From Candidatus Micrarchaeota archaeon (GTDB lineage Archaea > Micrarchaeota > Micrarchaeia > Norongarragalinales > SBBD01), in assembly GCA_041305345.1 (NCBI GenBank), contig JBFYLP010000002.1, forward strand, positions 5,367 through 69,366: a stretch of 64,000 bases of DNA. Reading direction: 5' to 3'. Under the pieces are notes generated by a model. The model did no database searches, was not told where the DNA came from, and saw only the letters and a list, made by a program, of their open reading frames with translations. Shown here one piece after another: positions 48,966 to 58,789 of the stretch. Made by a program: the position numbers and the translations under genes. How positions within the stretch are numbered: position 1 is the stretch's first letter; each line of letters starts with the position of its first letter.

Positions 48966-50132
48966 ATGCAAATCGCAGACAGGATGAAGAATCTGGGGAC
49001 GGAAACCGCTTTCGAGGTGCTTGCAAAGGCAAAGGCACTTGAAGCGCAGGGGAAAAGCATTATTCATCTGGAAATCGGGGAGCCCGATTTCGATACTCCC
49101 TCGAACATAAAGGAAGCGGGCATCAAGGCGATCCAGAATAACCTCACCCACTACGGCCCCTCAGCCGGATTGCCAGATGCTAGGAAGGCCATTGCCGAAT
49201 ATTCGGGAAGGATCCGCGGAATTGACATTTCCCCCGATGAGGTTGTCGTGGTTCCTGGCGGGAAGCCCACGATGTTTTATGCGATCATAGCGATAATGAA
49301 CCCGGGCGATGAGGTCGTTTATCCCAATCCGGGTTTTCCGATCTACGAAAGCATGATCAATTTCATGGGCGGCAAGGCCGTGCCCTACCAGATCAAGGAG
49401 GAGAACGACTTCTCCTTCAACCTCGATGAGATGCGCAGGCTCGTCAACCCGAAAACGAAGATGATCATAATCAATACACCCGGCAACCCAACAGGCGGCG
49501 TCCTTTCCAAATCCGACATCGAGGGGATTGCCGAGCTCGCAAAAAAATACGACTTATGGGTCCTAAGCGACGAGATATACCAGCAGATCCTCTATGACGC
49601 CACCCATTACTCCATCGCAAGCCTTCCCGGAATGAAGGACCGGACAATCATCCTTGACGGCTACAGCAAGACCTATGCAATGACTGGCTGGAGGCTCGGA
49701 TATGGCATCATGAACAAGACCCTTGCACCGCTTGTAACGAAGCTGATGACGAATTCCAATTCCTGCACCGCAACATTCACGCAGATGGCGGGAATCGAGG
49801 CGCTTTTGGGCCCGCAGGATTCGGTTAGGAAAATGGTTGCAGAATTCCGCGCAAGGCGGGATCTGATCGTCTCCGGTTTGAACAAAATCCCGGGCATTTC
49901 GTGCAAAACCCCCAAGGGCGCATTCTACGTGTTCCCAAACATCAAGAAACTTGGAAAAACCTCAAAGGAAATGTCCGATTTCCTTCTTTACGAGGGAGGA
50001 GTTGCGTGCCTTCCCGGCACCTCTTTTGGGGCCTACGGAGAGGGCTACTTGCGGTTCTCCTATGCAAACTCGCAGCAAAAGATCAAGGAAGCATTGCGCA
50101 GGATTGAGGAAGCGGTCAAGAAACTGAAATGA
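48966..50132 (+). CDS. class I/II pyridoxal-phosphate aminotransferase (aspartate aminotransferase-like)
   Basis: PLP-Lys context GYSKTYAMTGWRLGYG, INTPGNPTG and the overall AAT pattern. Start moved to the ATG at 48966, which has a GGGGGGG run 7 nt upstream. Confidence 0.85.
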   Translation: MQIADRMKNLGTETAFEVLAKAKALEAQGKSIIHLEIGEPDFDTPSNIKEAGIKAIQNNLTHYGPSAGLPDARKAIAEYSGRIRGIDISPDEVVVVPGGKPTMFYAIIAIMNPGDEVVYPNPGFPIYESMINFMGGKAVPYQIKEENDFSFNLDEMRRLVNPKTKMIIINTPGNPTGGVLSKSDIEGIAELAKKYDLWVLSDEIYQQILYDATHYSIASLPGMKDRTIILDGYSKTYAMTGWRLGYGIMNKTLAPLVTKLMTNSNSCTATFTQMAGIEALLGPQDSVRKMVAEFRARRDLIVSGLNKIPGISCKTPKGAFYVFPNIKKLGKTSKEMSDFLLYEGGVACLPGTSFGAYGEGYLRFSYANSQQKIKEALRRIEEAVKKLK

Positions 50133-50209
50133 TTTGAATGTAAAGCAAAGCATCCCCTCACTTCACATATATTTTTATTCGGCTCAATCGTACTCTTAAT
50201 TGGATTGTT

Positions 50210-50977
50210 ATGCCACTCGTCTCAAAAATCGTCGCGGCAATCACGGCACTCGGCCACAGGAGGCCGGGCACCAGCAGGGAAACCTACATACTCGATCGGA
50301 GGAAGGGTTCCGTGGAGCTCCGGATGGACCCGCACCTGCTCATCAAATTGGAGATGTTCAAGCGCTTTACCGTGAAGAAAACCTGGGGATTTGAGCTTAC
50401 CCTTAGGAACCACGCCGAAAAGACCATTGACGAGCTCCTGATAGTATTCAATAAGAAATACTCGATCATCGTTGACAAGATAGGGCCGGATTCGATGAAG
50501 ATAAAGTCGCTCGAATTCAAGCCCGAAGAATTCGATTCGGACGAATTTTCCGTTGACCTAAGCGTTGTGATTTCCGAAGGCCGGAAGGCGCATTCAGAGG
50601 CGTATTCGGTTACGATTCCGATGAGGAGCATCATAACTGAGCTGAAGGATGCTGGAAGGATCACGCCAATACAGGAGGAAATCGAGACCTACAGGCCCGG
50701 AAGCATCGACAAGTCGGTGATGGAAAATTTCGTTGCGGAATCGATGAAGCAGGCAACCATCAGGCCGCGCGTGCCCGTCGAAAGCCCGGGAAAGCCGATA
50801 GTCAACAAGGAATCGCTCCAGCACAAGCTTGCGGAGCTGACTTCCCAGAAGACCGAAATTGAGAAGAGCTTCATGAAGCGGCAGATTGACTACAACACTT
50901 TCTCCCAATTGATGAACCCAATAGTGCAGGAGATGATTCTGATCCAGGCTCAGCTTGGGAAAATGGAAGATTCCTAA
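50210..50977 (+). CDS. hypothetical protein with C-terminal coiled coil
   Basis: 255-aa ORF with no motif. Confidence 0.4.
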   Translation: MPLVSKIVAAITALGHRRPGTSRETYILDRRKGSVELRMDPHLLIKLEMFKRFTVKKTWGFELTLRNHAEKTIDELLIVFNKKYSIIVDKIGPDSMKIKSLEFKPEEFDSDEFSVDLSVVISEGRKAHSEAYSVTIPMRSIITELKDAGRITPIQEEIETYRPGSIDKSVMENFVAESMKQATIRPRVPVESPGKPIVNKESLQHKLAELTSQKTEIEKSFMKRQIDYNTFSQLMNPIVQEMILIQAQLGKMEDS

Positions 50978-51035
50978 CATTTCCGGAAAACCAAATCGCC
51001 TGGCATAGGGGCGCTTCCCGTATGCTCGTGATTCA

Positions 51036-52553
51036 TCAACGATTAACATCCTTGATTAATTCAACAACCAGCCTCACGCCAAAGCCGGTTGCTCCCTTGC
51101 CCTGGTAGTGCTTGTCGTAATCGTTCCAAGCGGTCCCTGCGATGTCTATGTGCGCCCACGGGTAACTCACGAATTTTTTAAGGAACGCTGCCGCAGTGAT
51201 CGCGCCCGCGTCCCCGCTTCCAGAGCCGATGTTCTTCACATCGGCGATGTCGCTCTTTATCTTTTCGTCGTAATCCTTCCAAAGCGGCAGTTGCCAGCAC
51301 CTATCCCCGCTTTTTTCTCCGGCCCTACGGATTTTCTCCATCAATTTCTGATCGTTGCCCATAAGCCCCGCGCAAACATCTCCAAGTGCAACCACGCACG
51401 CACCCGTCAGGGTGGCAAAGTCGATCACCGCCCTAGGCTTGTACTTTGCAGCGTACGAAAGCGCATCAGCCAAAACAAGCCGGCCTTCCGCATCGGTATT
51501 TGCGATCTCGATTGATTTCCCATTCGAGGCAAAAACCACATCGCCGGGCTTCGAGGCACTTCCCGAAGGCAGGTTTTCGGTGAATGCCGCAAGCCCAATT
51601 AGCCTAACCGGCAGCTTCAATGACGCTGCCGCGGCCATTGCGCCGATAACAACGCAAGCACCGCACTTATCCCATTTCATTTTTTCCATATCCTTCGAGG
51701 GCTTGATTGAAATCCCCCCCGAATCGAAGGTGATGCCCTTCCCAACTAGCACAATTGCATCCTTTCCCGTTCCGCCATACTCCATGATGACGAATTTGGG
51801 CTCTTGCACACTGCCTTTTGCAACGCTTAGGAATGAGTGCATCTTAAGCGCTTCGATCTCCCTAAGCCCCAGCACCTTGCATTTAAATCCGTGCTTCTTT
51901 CCCGCCTCCTCGGCATATTTTGCCATTTGCGAAGGAGTGCCAACATTCCCCGGCTCGTTACCGATGTCCCTGGCAAAATTGACCGCTTCGCACACCCTCC
52001 GGGCGTTCTCAACGGACTTTCCGATGGATTTCAACTTGTTAACGTCCACATAGAGGGTTGCGCCTTCCAGCTGCTTCATATCCTGCCGGTCCTCCGTCCT
52101 GTATTTGAGGAACTGGTGAACGCCAAGCGCAATCCCTTCGACCACGCAAGCAGCAATGTCCTCCGGAGCTGCTGGGGAATCCAGGGGAGGAAGCACGCCA
52201 ACCTCCTTAAGCCCTAGGTTTCGCGCAACATTTGCGCCCCTTCCCGCGCTCCCCCTTACCTTCTCCAATGAAAATTCGGTCTTGCTTCCGATTCCGGAGA
52301 GGATGATGCGCTTTAGCCTCACCTTCTCGACATTCAGGCTAATCAGGTGGGTCTGGCCGAATTTGCCGGTGAACTCCTTCCGCCGGATCACATCGGTTAT
52401 CGCTCCCTTCAGCTTTTCATCCAGGTGCCTTGCAAGGCTAGAAAGCGCCTCGTCCTTGTATAGCAGCAGCACTGCCCCATCCTCGAAACCATCCTCAATC
52501 CGCCCAGCCAGAACGCGCCATTTCATCTCCCTACCACCCTTCGTAATCATCAA
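51036..52553 (-). CDS. pepA: leucyl aminopeptidase, M17 family
   Basis: NTDAEGRLVLADAL signature and metal-binding pattern. An alternative start is at 52526. Confidence 0.85.
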   Translation of the reverse strand: MMITKGGREMKWRVLAGRIEDGFEDGAVLLLYKDEALSSLARHLDEKLKGAITDVIRRKEFTGKFGQTHLISLNVEKVRLKRIILSGIGSKTEFSLEKVRGSAGRGANVARNLGLKEVGVLPPLDSPAAPEDIAACVVEGIALGVHQFLKYRTEDRQDMKQLEGATLYVDVNKLKSIGKSVENARRVCEAVNFARDIGNEPGNVGTPSQMAKYAEEAGKKHGFKCKVLGLREIEALKMHSFLSVAKGSVQEPKFVIMEYGGTGKDAIVLVGKGITFDSGGISIKPSKDMEKMKWDKCGACVVIGAMAAAASLKLPVRLIGLAAFTENLPSGSASKPGDVVFASNGKSIEIANTDAEGRLVLADALSYAAKYKPRAVIDFATLTGACVVALGDVCAGLMGNDQKLMEKIRRAGEKSGDRCWQLPLWKDYDEKIKSDIADVKNIGSGSGDAGAITAAAFLKKFVSYPWAHIDIAGTAWNDYDKHYQGKGATGFGVRLVVELIKDVNR

Positions 52554-52703
52554 CCGGTAATTATGCTAAAGTCGCATCGACCGTCTCAAACCTTAAGTTT
52601 CGGTCACTATTTAAACAGATACGGTTTCTTCCAAAAAAACCAAAGGCGGCCAACGCATAAGCGGTTAAACAATGCATATGCGCCGCGCCTATCCCCCTTT
52701 AAG

Positions 52704-52716
52704 CATATTTATAAGG
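52704..52716 (+). promoter_or_regulatory. putative TATA box (catatttataagg) for the L15-SecY cluster
   Basis: AT-rich TATA-like element in the 250-nt gap. Followed by a G10 tract 6 nt before the L15 ATG. Confidence 0.25.
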
Positions 52717-52804
52717 CTTTTTAGCTTAAACTTTTAACTCGGCCTGATGCTCGAAAGATTGCGGCATTAGCCTAGATTGGATGATCCAGGGGGGGGGGAA
52801 TAAA

Positions 52805-53254
52805 ATGGCACGAAGATTGAATTCAAGATCAAGGAAACATTACGGCAACCGGACTTTCGGAGCTGGCAACACGAAGAACCGCAGGGGCAAGGGAAGCCGC
52901 GGCGGCGTTGGCAGGGCGGGCTTCCACAAGCACAAGAGGCTGCACTACATTGTAACCGAGGGAAATTCCACAACTGCGCCGGGTTTCATCAATGTAACCC
53001 GGAGGAAAATCGAGGAGATCGGGCTCAATAAGCTGGTGAAAAGGATTGAGGCCGGAGAATTCAAAAAGGATGGGGATGCTTATTCGATCGACATAAGGAA
53101 GAAAGGAAAGACCGTAAAGCTCCTCGGGAATGGGGATTTTGGGTTCAAGGCAAACATCACTGCTGACCTCTTCTCAATGTCCGCAAAAGAAAAGGTTGAA
53201 AAAGCAGGCGGTAAGATAATAACAAAACAGGTTTTAGAAAAAAAACCACAGTAG
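52805..53254 (+). CDS. rpl15: 50S ribosomal protein L15 (uL15)
   Basis: RRGKGSRGGVGRAGFHKHK, the uL15 glycine-rich signature. A G10 SD-like tract ends 6 nt before the ATG. Confidence 0.85.
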   Translation: MARRLNSRSRKHYGNRTFGAGNTKNRRGKGSRGGVGRAGFHKHKRLHYIVTEGNSTTAPGFINVTRRKIEEIGLNKLVKRIEAGEFKKDGDAYSIDIRKKGKTVKLLGNGDFGFKANITADLFSMSAKEKVEKAGGKIITKQVLEKKPQ

Positions 53255-53258
53255 AGGA

Positions 53259-53279
53259 TTTTTTTATTATTTTTTTTCT
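53259..53279 (+). terminator. oligo-T tracts between L15 and secY (terminator or attenuator-like)
   Basis: tttttttattattttttttc. Confidence 0.3.
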
Positions 53280-53313
53280 GTGGGTTGCTTTACAGATTAT
53301 CGGATGATGCAAA

Positions 53314-54807
53314 ATGGCATTGGATGCATTCAAGCCCCTTTTGGAAATCCTTCCTGAAGTGAAGCCGCCTGCGCGCGCGCCCGGATTGAAGGAAAAGCTG
53401 ATGTGGACCGGCGGCGTGCTTCTTCTTTTCTACCTGATGGGCCAGATTTATCCCCTTGGCGCAGACCAAGCCGCAATACAGGGTTTCGAACGGTTTGAAA
53501 TCCTTCTTGGAAGCAAGACGGGCACTTTGATTACGACCGGTATCGGCCCCATTGTGCTCGCATCCATATTCCTCCAGCTAGCGGTCGGGGCAAAATTGCT
53601 CAATCTAGACCTTTCCCAGCAGGAGAACAAGAAAAAATTCCAGGGCTTCCAGAAATTGCTAGCAATCGTGCTCAGTTTGGTGGAAGGGTTCATATATTCC
53701 AAGGCAATCATAGTCGCAAAGGACGTGATCGACCCCACTACGGGCGCGCCCTCAGCTGCAATGTTTGCTGCAAATGCGATCCTTGGCGTGATCACTCCCC
53801 TGCAGCTAGGCATAATGCTTCAATTGGCGCTTGGCTCGATTTTCCTTCTATACCTGGATGAAGTGTGCCAGAAATACGGGATCGGCTCGGGGGTTTCGCT
53901 GTTCATTGCAGCCGGAGTTGCGCAGGCAATCTTCATCGGTTCTTTTGGCTATCTGGGGTTTGATTATCTCCTTGCACCCGAAGACATACGAACGGAACCC
54001 GTCGGTATAATCCCCTCCGCGCTCTTCAACCTCTTTGGCGGCAGGATCGATGTGGTGCTCTGGACCATTCTTCCCTTGGTGTTCACGGCAATCGTATTCC
54101 TGATCACGGTGTATGCCGAAGGCATGAAGATTGAATTGCCCCTCGCTTATGGGGGGGCAAGGGGGCTTGGCGCAAGGTACCCGATCAAATTCTTGTATGT
54201 GAGCAACATCCCAGTCATCCTGGCTTCAGCGCTTCTTCTCAACGTGCAGGTCATCGGGTTGTTCATGGCAAATGCGGGTTTGCCCCTGCTTGGCGAATTT
54301 GATAGGAGCAACAATCAGCCCTTTCCCGACCTAAGGGGCGGATTTGCATACCTAACTAGCGCTTTGCCCTCACCAATCCTATTGCCCGGCGGGTACTTCA
54401 CATATGCAACGCAATACCTGATGAACCCAACCGAAATACTCCACATACTCGTTTACGGCATCGTCCTTGTGATCCTTTGCGTAGTATTTGGATGGTTCTG
54501 GATTGAGAGCACCGGAATGGGAGCCGAGAAGGTCGCAGACCAGCTCAACAGGACGGGCCTCCAGATTCCGGGCTTCAGGCAGGATCCGCGCGTAACGGAG
54601 AAAATATTGCAGAAATACATACCGATTATTACCGTGCTTGGAAGCATTTTCGTGGGCATACTCGCGTGGTTCGCCGACATTACCGGCGCACTTGGGACGG
54701 GTACGGGCATTCTTCTAACAGTAGGCATATTGTACCGCTTCTACGAGGACCTTGCACAGCAGCAGATTTTCGAGATGTACCCGATACTGAAGAGGATTTC
54801 AAGATGA
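53314..54807 (+). CDS. secY: preprotein translocase subunit SecY
   Basis: Ten TM segments and a 497-aa SecY-like organisation and N-terminus. Confidence 0.95.
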   Translation: MALDAFKPLLEILPEVKPPARAPGLKEKLMWTGGVLLLFYLMGQIYPLGADQAAIQGFERFEILLGSKTGTLITTGIGPIVLASIFLQLAVGAKLLNLDLSQQENKKKFQGFQKLLAIVLSLVEGFIYSKAIIVAKDVIDPTTGAPSAAMFAANAILGVITPLQLGIMLQLALGSIFLLYLDEVCQKYGIGSGVSLFIAAGVAQAIFIGSFGYLGFDYLLAPEDIRTEPVGIIPSALFNLFGGRIDVVLWTILPLVFTAIVFLITVYAEGMKIELPLAYGGARGLGARYPIKFLYVSNIPVILASALLLNVQVIGLFMANAGLPLLGEFDRSNNQPFPDLRGGFAYLTSALPSPILLPGGYFTYATQYLMNPTEILHILVYGIVLVILCVVFGWFWIESTGMGAEKVADQLNRTGLQIPGFRQDPRVTEKILQKYIPIITVLGSIFVGILAWFADITGALGTGTGILLTVGILYRFYEDLAQQQIFEMYPILKRISR

Positions 54808-55301
54808 TAGCAATGAGCGTCCTTGGCCTGCCGGATGGAGCTATAATTTTCCTAAGCGCAGCATTCTTCTCAGTCATAACCTCATTCATAAGCAGGAAAA
54901 CGGGCATCAAGCAAAAGACCGATTCCATACAGAAAGCAATGAAGGACTACCAGAAGGAGATGAACGAAGCGGTGAAGCGCGACGACAAGAAGAGGCTCGA
55001 GGAGCTCAAGGCGCGCGAGCCGGAAGTGATGAAGATGATGAACGAGATGATGTTCCTCCCCTTCAAGAACATGATCTTCGTGATCCCCTTATTCCTCATC
55101 TTCATGGAAGTGGTTAATGGCACGTTTAGGGGTTTCCTTGTCGACCTTCCAATCGCACTGCACCTTAATGGGAATGAGCTGCTGGGTTTAAATATTTTCA
55201 AAAGTAGCGTCTACGGTCCCAGGGGCTTCTTCATACTATCCTCAATAGTTTCCGGGATGGTAATCGAGGGAGTCTGGGGCAGGATGCATAAGAAAACTTG
55301 A
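54804..55301 (+). CDS. DUF106/EMC3-YidC-like membrane protein (archaeal Oxa1-superfamily insertase candidate)
   Basis: Three TM segments flank a Lys/Glu-rich coiled coil. The ATG overlaps the secY TGA (ATGA). Confidence 0.55.
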   Translation: MIAMSVLGLPDGAIIFLSAAFFSVITSFISRKTGIKQKTDSIQKAMKDYQKEMNEAVKRDDKKRLEELKAREPEVMKMMNEMMFLPFKNMIFVIPLFLIFMEVVNGTFRGFLVDLPIALHLNGNELLGLNIFKSSVYGPRGFFILSSIVSGMVIEGVWGRMHKKT

Positions 55302-55649
55302 ATGGTGAATGAAATGGTTTCCCCAAGGCTAAGAAGCAGGAGCGTGAAAAGAAGGAGCGTCAAGACACCGGGCGGAAAATCCGTTTTCGTGTACAAGCCA
55401 AAGAAGGTCGGAAAGGCTATTTGTGCCATATGCAAAAGCAAGCTTGGCGCTGTGCCGAACCTTGGAAGGGCGCAGATACGCAAGCTTTCCAAGACGCAAA
55501 AAAGGCCGGAGAGGATGTTTGGCGGCGTGCTTTGCGCGAATTGCGTTAGGGAACTCATAAAGGAAAAGATCAGGCTCGAATCGGGCATACTCACAAGGGA
55601 TGAAATAACCCTAACGCACCTCAAGTACATAGATATGATGAAAAAGTGA
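55302..55649 (+). CDS. rpl34e: 50S ribosomal protein L34e (eL34)
   Basis: RLRSRSVKRRSVKTPGGKSVFVYKPKK...CAICKSKL...CANC. The start may be the ATG at 55314. Confidence 0.8.
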   Translation: MVNEMVSPRLRSRSVKRRSVKTPGGKSVFVYKPKKVGKAICAICKSKLGAVPNLGRAQIRKLSKTQKRPERMFGGVLCANCVRELIKEKIRLESGILTRDEITLTHLKYIDMMKK

Positions 55650-55694
55650 GCGTTCCGGGTTGTACCTTGCCAAACCGGCCCTGGTTTGATTCAA

Positions 55695-56288
55695 ATGAAA
55701 ATTGCGATATCCGGGCTTTCTGGCTCCGGCAACACAACTGCGTGCAAAAAGATCGCACGGTTCCTCCATCTCACGCCAATCAATTACACCTTGAGGGATC
55801 TTGCGGCGGAGCTTGGGATGGGTTTTTTGGAAATTCACGAAAAAAGGAAGATCGATCCTTCCTACGATTTCCTGCTTGATAGGAGGCTAATCGAGGCATT
55901 CGGGAAGGAAAGTAATGCGATTATAGGCAGCAGGCTTGCAATCTGGCTTGTCGATGCGAATTTGCGCGTCTGGCTCGATGCGCCCCTCGGGGTACGGGCG
56001 GGAAGGATAGCTGAGCGAGACGGGATAACCCGTGCCGAAGCTGTCAAAATAACCAGGAAGCGTGACGAGGAAAACCGTTCCCAGTATCGGAAGCTTTACT
56101 CGATCGACATTGCAAGGCACGCTTTTGCGGATATGGTTGTTGACAGCGAAAAGCTCGATGCAAATGAGGTCGCAAGGAGGATTGCACTTGAAGCAAAAAA
56201 GGCTAAATACGGTGCCTTGAGGAAAAGCATCCATTCTGAAGGAATCTGGAAAAAAATCGGGATGGGAATTGGAGCACATAGGTGCTAG
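55695..56288 (+). CDS. cmk: cytidylate kinase, archaeal type
   Basis: P-loop ISGLSGSGNTT and size consistent with archaeal Cmk. Confidence 0.8.
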   Translation: MKIAISGLSGSGNTTACKKIARFLHLTPINYTLRDLAAELGMGFLEIHEKRKIDPSYDFLLDRRLIEAFGKESNAIIGSRLAIWLVDANLRVWLDAPLGVRAGRIAERDGITRAEAVKITRKRDEENRSQYRKLYSIDIARHAFADMVVDSEKLDANEVARRIALEAKKAKYGALRKSIHSEGIWKKIGMGIGAHRC

Positions 56289-56347
56289 CCTTTTTTTTGG
56301 AAGGGCGGTAAAAGAATAACGATAATCAATCAATAAGGTGGTTAAGA

Positions 56348-56512
56348 ATGGCAGCAATTGAGGCAGGCAAAAAATACGTGAAAATTGCCGGCAGGAAAGC
56401 CGGAAAGGAGGTCGAGGTAGTTAGGATCATCGACCGCAACTATGCTGAAATAAAGGACGCAAAGGGCAAATCAAAGAAGTGCAACATAGCGCACCTCGAA
56501 CCTCTGCCATAA
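56348..56512 (+). CDS. rpl14e: 50S ribosomal protein L14e (eL14), short 54-aa form, KOW domain only
   Basis: MAAIEAGKKYVKIAGRKAGKEVEVVRIIDRNYAEI...NIAHLEPL, similar to L14e N-termini. Not in the ORF table because it is shorter than 60 aa. Confidence 0.55.
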   Translation: MAAIEAGKKYVKIAGRKAGKEVEVVRIIDRNYAEIKDAKGKSKKCNIAHLEPLP

Positions 56513-56523
56513 GCCTGAAGAAT

Positions 56524-57453
56524 ATGTACGAATTCCGACGTGACGAAGGCATACTTGGCACGAAGCCCAAGGAGCGCAGCATGGAAGAGCACCTCTCCTT
56601 TGGCATTGCTATAATTGACAAGCCTATTGGGCCATCATCGCACGAGGTTGCAGCGTTCGTTAGGAAAATCCTTGGCCTACGCGTTGTTGGCCATACCGGA
56701 ACGCTCGATTCGAACGTTTCCGGAGTTCTCGTGGTCCTTCTCGAGAATACTAGGAAATTGGCAAATTTCATCCCGAATTCTGACAAGGAATACGTTTGCC
56801 TGATGAGAATAAATGGGAAGAATGACCGGCAATCGCTTGAAGCCGCATTTTCAAATTTCCGCGGAAGGATTTACCAAAGGCCCCCATTGGAAAGCGCAGT
56901 TGCAAGGAGATTGCGCGTCAGGAGGGTGAATTCGCTCGAGATCCTGGAGATTGATGGGCAGCTGGTGCTTTTCAAGTGCAGCTGCGAGGCCGGTACGTAC
57001 ATCAGGAAGATCGTTTCCGACATTGGCGAGCTTATGTGCGCAAGGACCGAGATGGTCGAGCTGCGCAGGACACGCGCGGGCGATTTTTCCGAGAAGGACG
57101 CAATTTCCCTCCAGGCATTGACGGATTATCATTGGATATGGAAGGAGGGGAAGGACGAAAGCATTTTACGCAAGGCAATTAGGCCAATCGAGTCGGTTCA
57201 TTTCAAGCGGATGGTCGTTTGCGATTTTGCAGCAAAAAGCCTGCGCAGCGGAATAAAACCAAAAATTGGGGACCTGGAATCCGTGGATGAGGGCATCTTT
57301 GCATCCGACAATGTCGGGATTTATTCCTTGAAGGGCGAACTTCTTGCTGTTGGCGAGGCAGTGCATCCCTCCAAAGGATTGCAGACATTGCATTCCGAAG
57401 GAAAGGAGTTGGAAGTTGCTGCCAAGATAATTAGGGTCGTGCATCCCCAATGA
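56524..57453 (+). CDS. cbf5: tRNA/rRNA pseudouridine synthase Cbf5 (TruB family, with PUA domain)
   Basis: GHTGTLDSNVSGVLVVLL (catalytic Asp motif). About 310 aa. Confidence 0.85.
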   Translation: MYEFRRDEGILGTKPKERSMEEHLSFGIAIIDKPIGPSSHEVAAFVRKILGLRVVGHTGTLDSNVSGVLVVLLENTRKLANFIPNSDKEYVCLMRINGKNDRQSLEAAFSNFRGRIYQRPPLESAVARRLRVRRVNSLEILEIDGQLVLFKCSCEAGTYIRKIVSDIGELMCARTEMVELRRTRAGDFSEKDAISLQALTDYHWIWKEGKDESILRKAIRPIESVHFKRMVVCDFAAKSLRSGIKPKIGDLESVDEGIFASDNVGIYSLKGELLAVGEAVHPSKGLQTLHSEGKELEVAAKIIRVVHPQ

Positions 57454-57522
57454 ATCGTGATGCCGGTGGGAGTATTTTATAAATGAGGGTCTGCAAAGTA
57501 TGGTAGCATTTGAGGGGTTGTA

Positions 57523-58737
57523 ATGGCACAGGCGGAAGTAAACATAGGCACAGTTGGGCACGTGGATCACGGAAAGACCACGTTGGTTTCGATGTTAACC
57601 AAGAAATGGACGGACACGCACTCCGAGGAGGTAAAGCGGGGGATTACCATAAAGATGGGATACGCGGACGTCTCATTCCGTAAGTGCGGGAAATGCGAGG
57701 GCGCCGATGCATTCACAATTGATGAAAACTGCCCCAATTGCGGCTCTCTCACCAAAATTGAACGGAAGGTTTCCTTTGTGGATTCGCCCGGCCACGAAAC
57801 GCTGATGGCGACGGTGATTGCAGCAAGCAGCATCATGGATGGTGCGCTATTCGTGATTGCGGCAAATGAGAAATGCCCGCAGCCCCAAACCGCAGAGCAC
57901 CTTATGGTCCTTGAGGCAGCTGGCATCAAGCACATCGTAATCGCCCAAAACAAGATCGACCTCGTGACAAAACAAAGGGCGCTTGAAAATTACAATGAAA
58001 TACGGGAATTCCTGAAGGGCTCGGCATTCGAGAATTCGCCAATCATCCCAACGGCGGCGCTTTCAAGCAAGTCGCTTTCGGCGCTCATGCAGGCACTTGT
58101 GGAATCCATTCCCGTGCCAAGAAGGGATGTGGAAGCCGACCCATTGCTTTACGTTGCAAGGAGCTTTGATGTCAACAAGCCCGGCGCCAACATCAGCAAA
58201 ATTGTGGGATCCGTAATGGGAGGCTCCGTCATTAGGGGCAAATTCAAAATCGGCGACAAGATTGACATAGTGCCTGGCATAATGCTAAAGAGGAAGGATC
58301 GCGAGGTATATGAGCCCCTAAGGACAAGCATCTCGGGATTATTTGCGGAAAATGACAAGCTCGAGGATGCAGGCCCGGGAGGGCTTGTTGGCATTTCCAC
58401 CCTGCTAGACCCCTCACTTAGCAAGGGGGATGGCCTTGTTGGCAACCTTGTTGGCAAAATCGGCACCCTTCCCTCCCCAAAATTCGAAATCAAGGTTGAG
58501 ATAGAGGCATTGAAACGCGCTATAGAAAGCTTCCAGTCTTCGCCCGGAGTCAATGAACCCCTGGTCCTTGGAATTGGGACGAACACGACAGTGGGGTTCA
58601 TAACCGAAAGGAAGAAGAAAAGTTTCATCCTTAAGCTGAAAAAGCCAATCTGCGCAAAATCCTCCGAGAAGCTCGCAATAATGCGGCGGGCAAACAACCG
58701 CTGGCACCTGTACGGCGTGGCAACAATCGTCGAATAG
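57523..58737 (+). CDS. eif2g: translation initiation factor 2 subunit gamma (aIF2-gamma)
   Basis: G1 GHVDHGKTT, DSPGHE, QNKIDLV, and the zinc knuckle CGKCEG...CPNCG. Confidence 0.9.
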   Translation: MAQAEVNIGTVGHVDHGKTTLVSMLTKKWTDTHSEEVKRGITIKMGYADVSFRKCGKCEGADAFTIDENCPNCGSLTKIERKVSFVDSPGHETLMATVIAASSIMDGALFVIAANEKCPQPQTAEHLMVLEAAGIKHIVIAQNKIDLVTKQRALENYNEIREFLKGSAFENSPIIPTAALSSKSLSALMQALVESIPVPRRDVEADPLLYVARSFDVNKPGANISKIVGSVMGGSVIRGKFKIGDKIDIVPGIMLKRKDREVYEPLRTSISGLFAENDKLEDAGPGGLVGISTLLDPSLSKGDGLVGNLVGKIGTLPSPKFEIKVEIEALKRAIESFQSSPGVNEPLVLGIGTNTTVGFITERKKKSFILKLKKPICAKSSEKLAIMRRANNRWHLYGVATIVE

Positions 58738-58789
58738 GAATTGGAACGCGTGCCTCGATGCAAGGATGCCCAATCATCTTCAATAAGGG

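Noticed and set aside
54666-54803. N-terminal 46-aa extension of the DUF106 ORF overlapping secY
   Set aside because: Out-of-frame overlap with the strongly supported SecY. The ATG at 54804 gives an ATGA coupling and a hydrophobic N-terminus.
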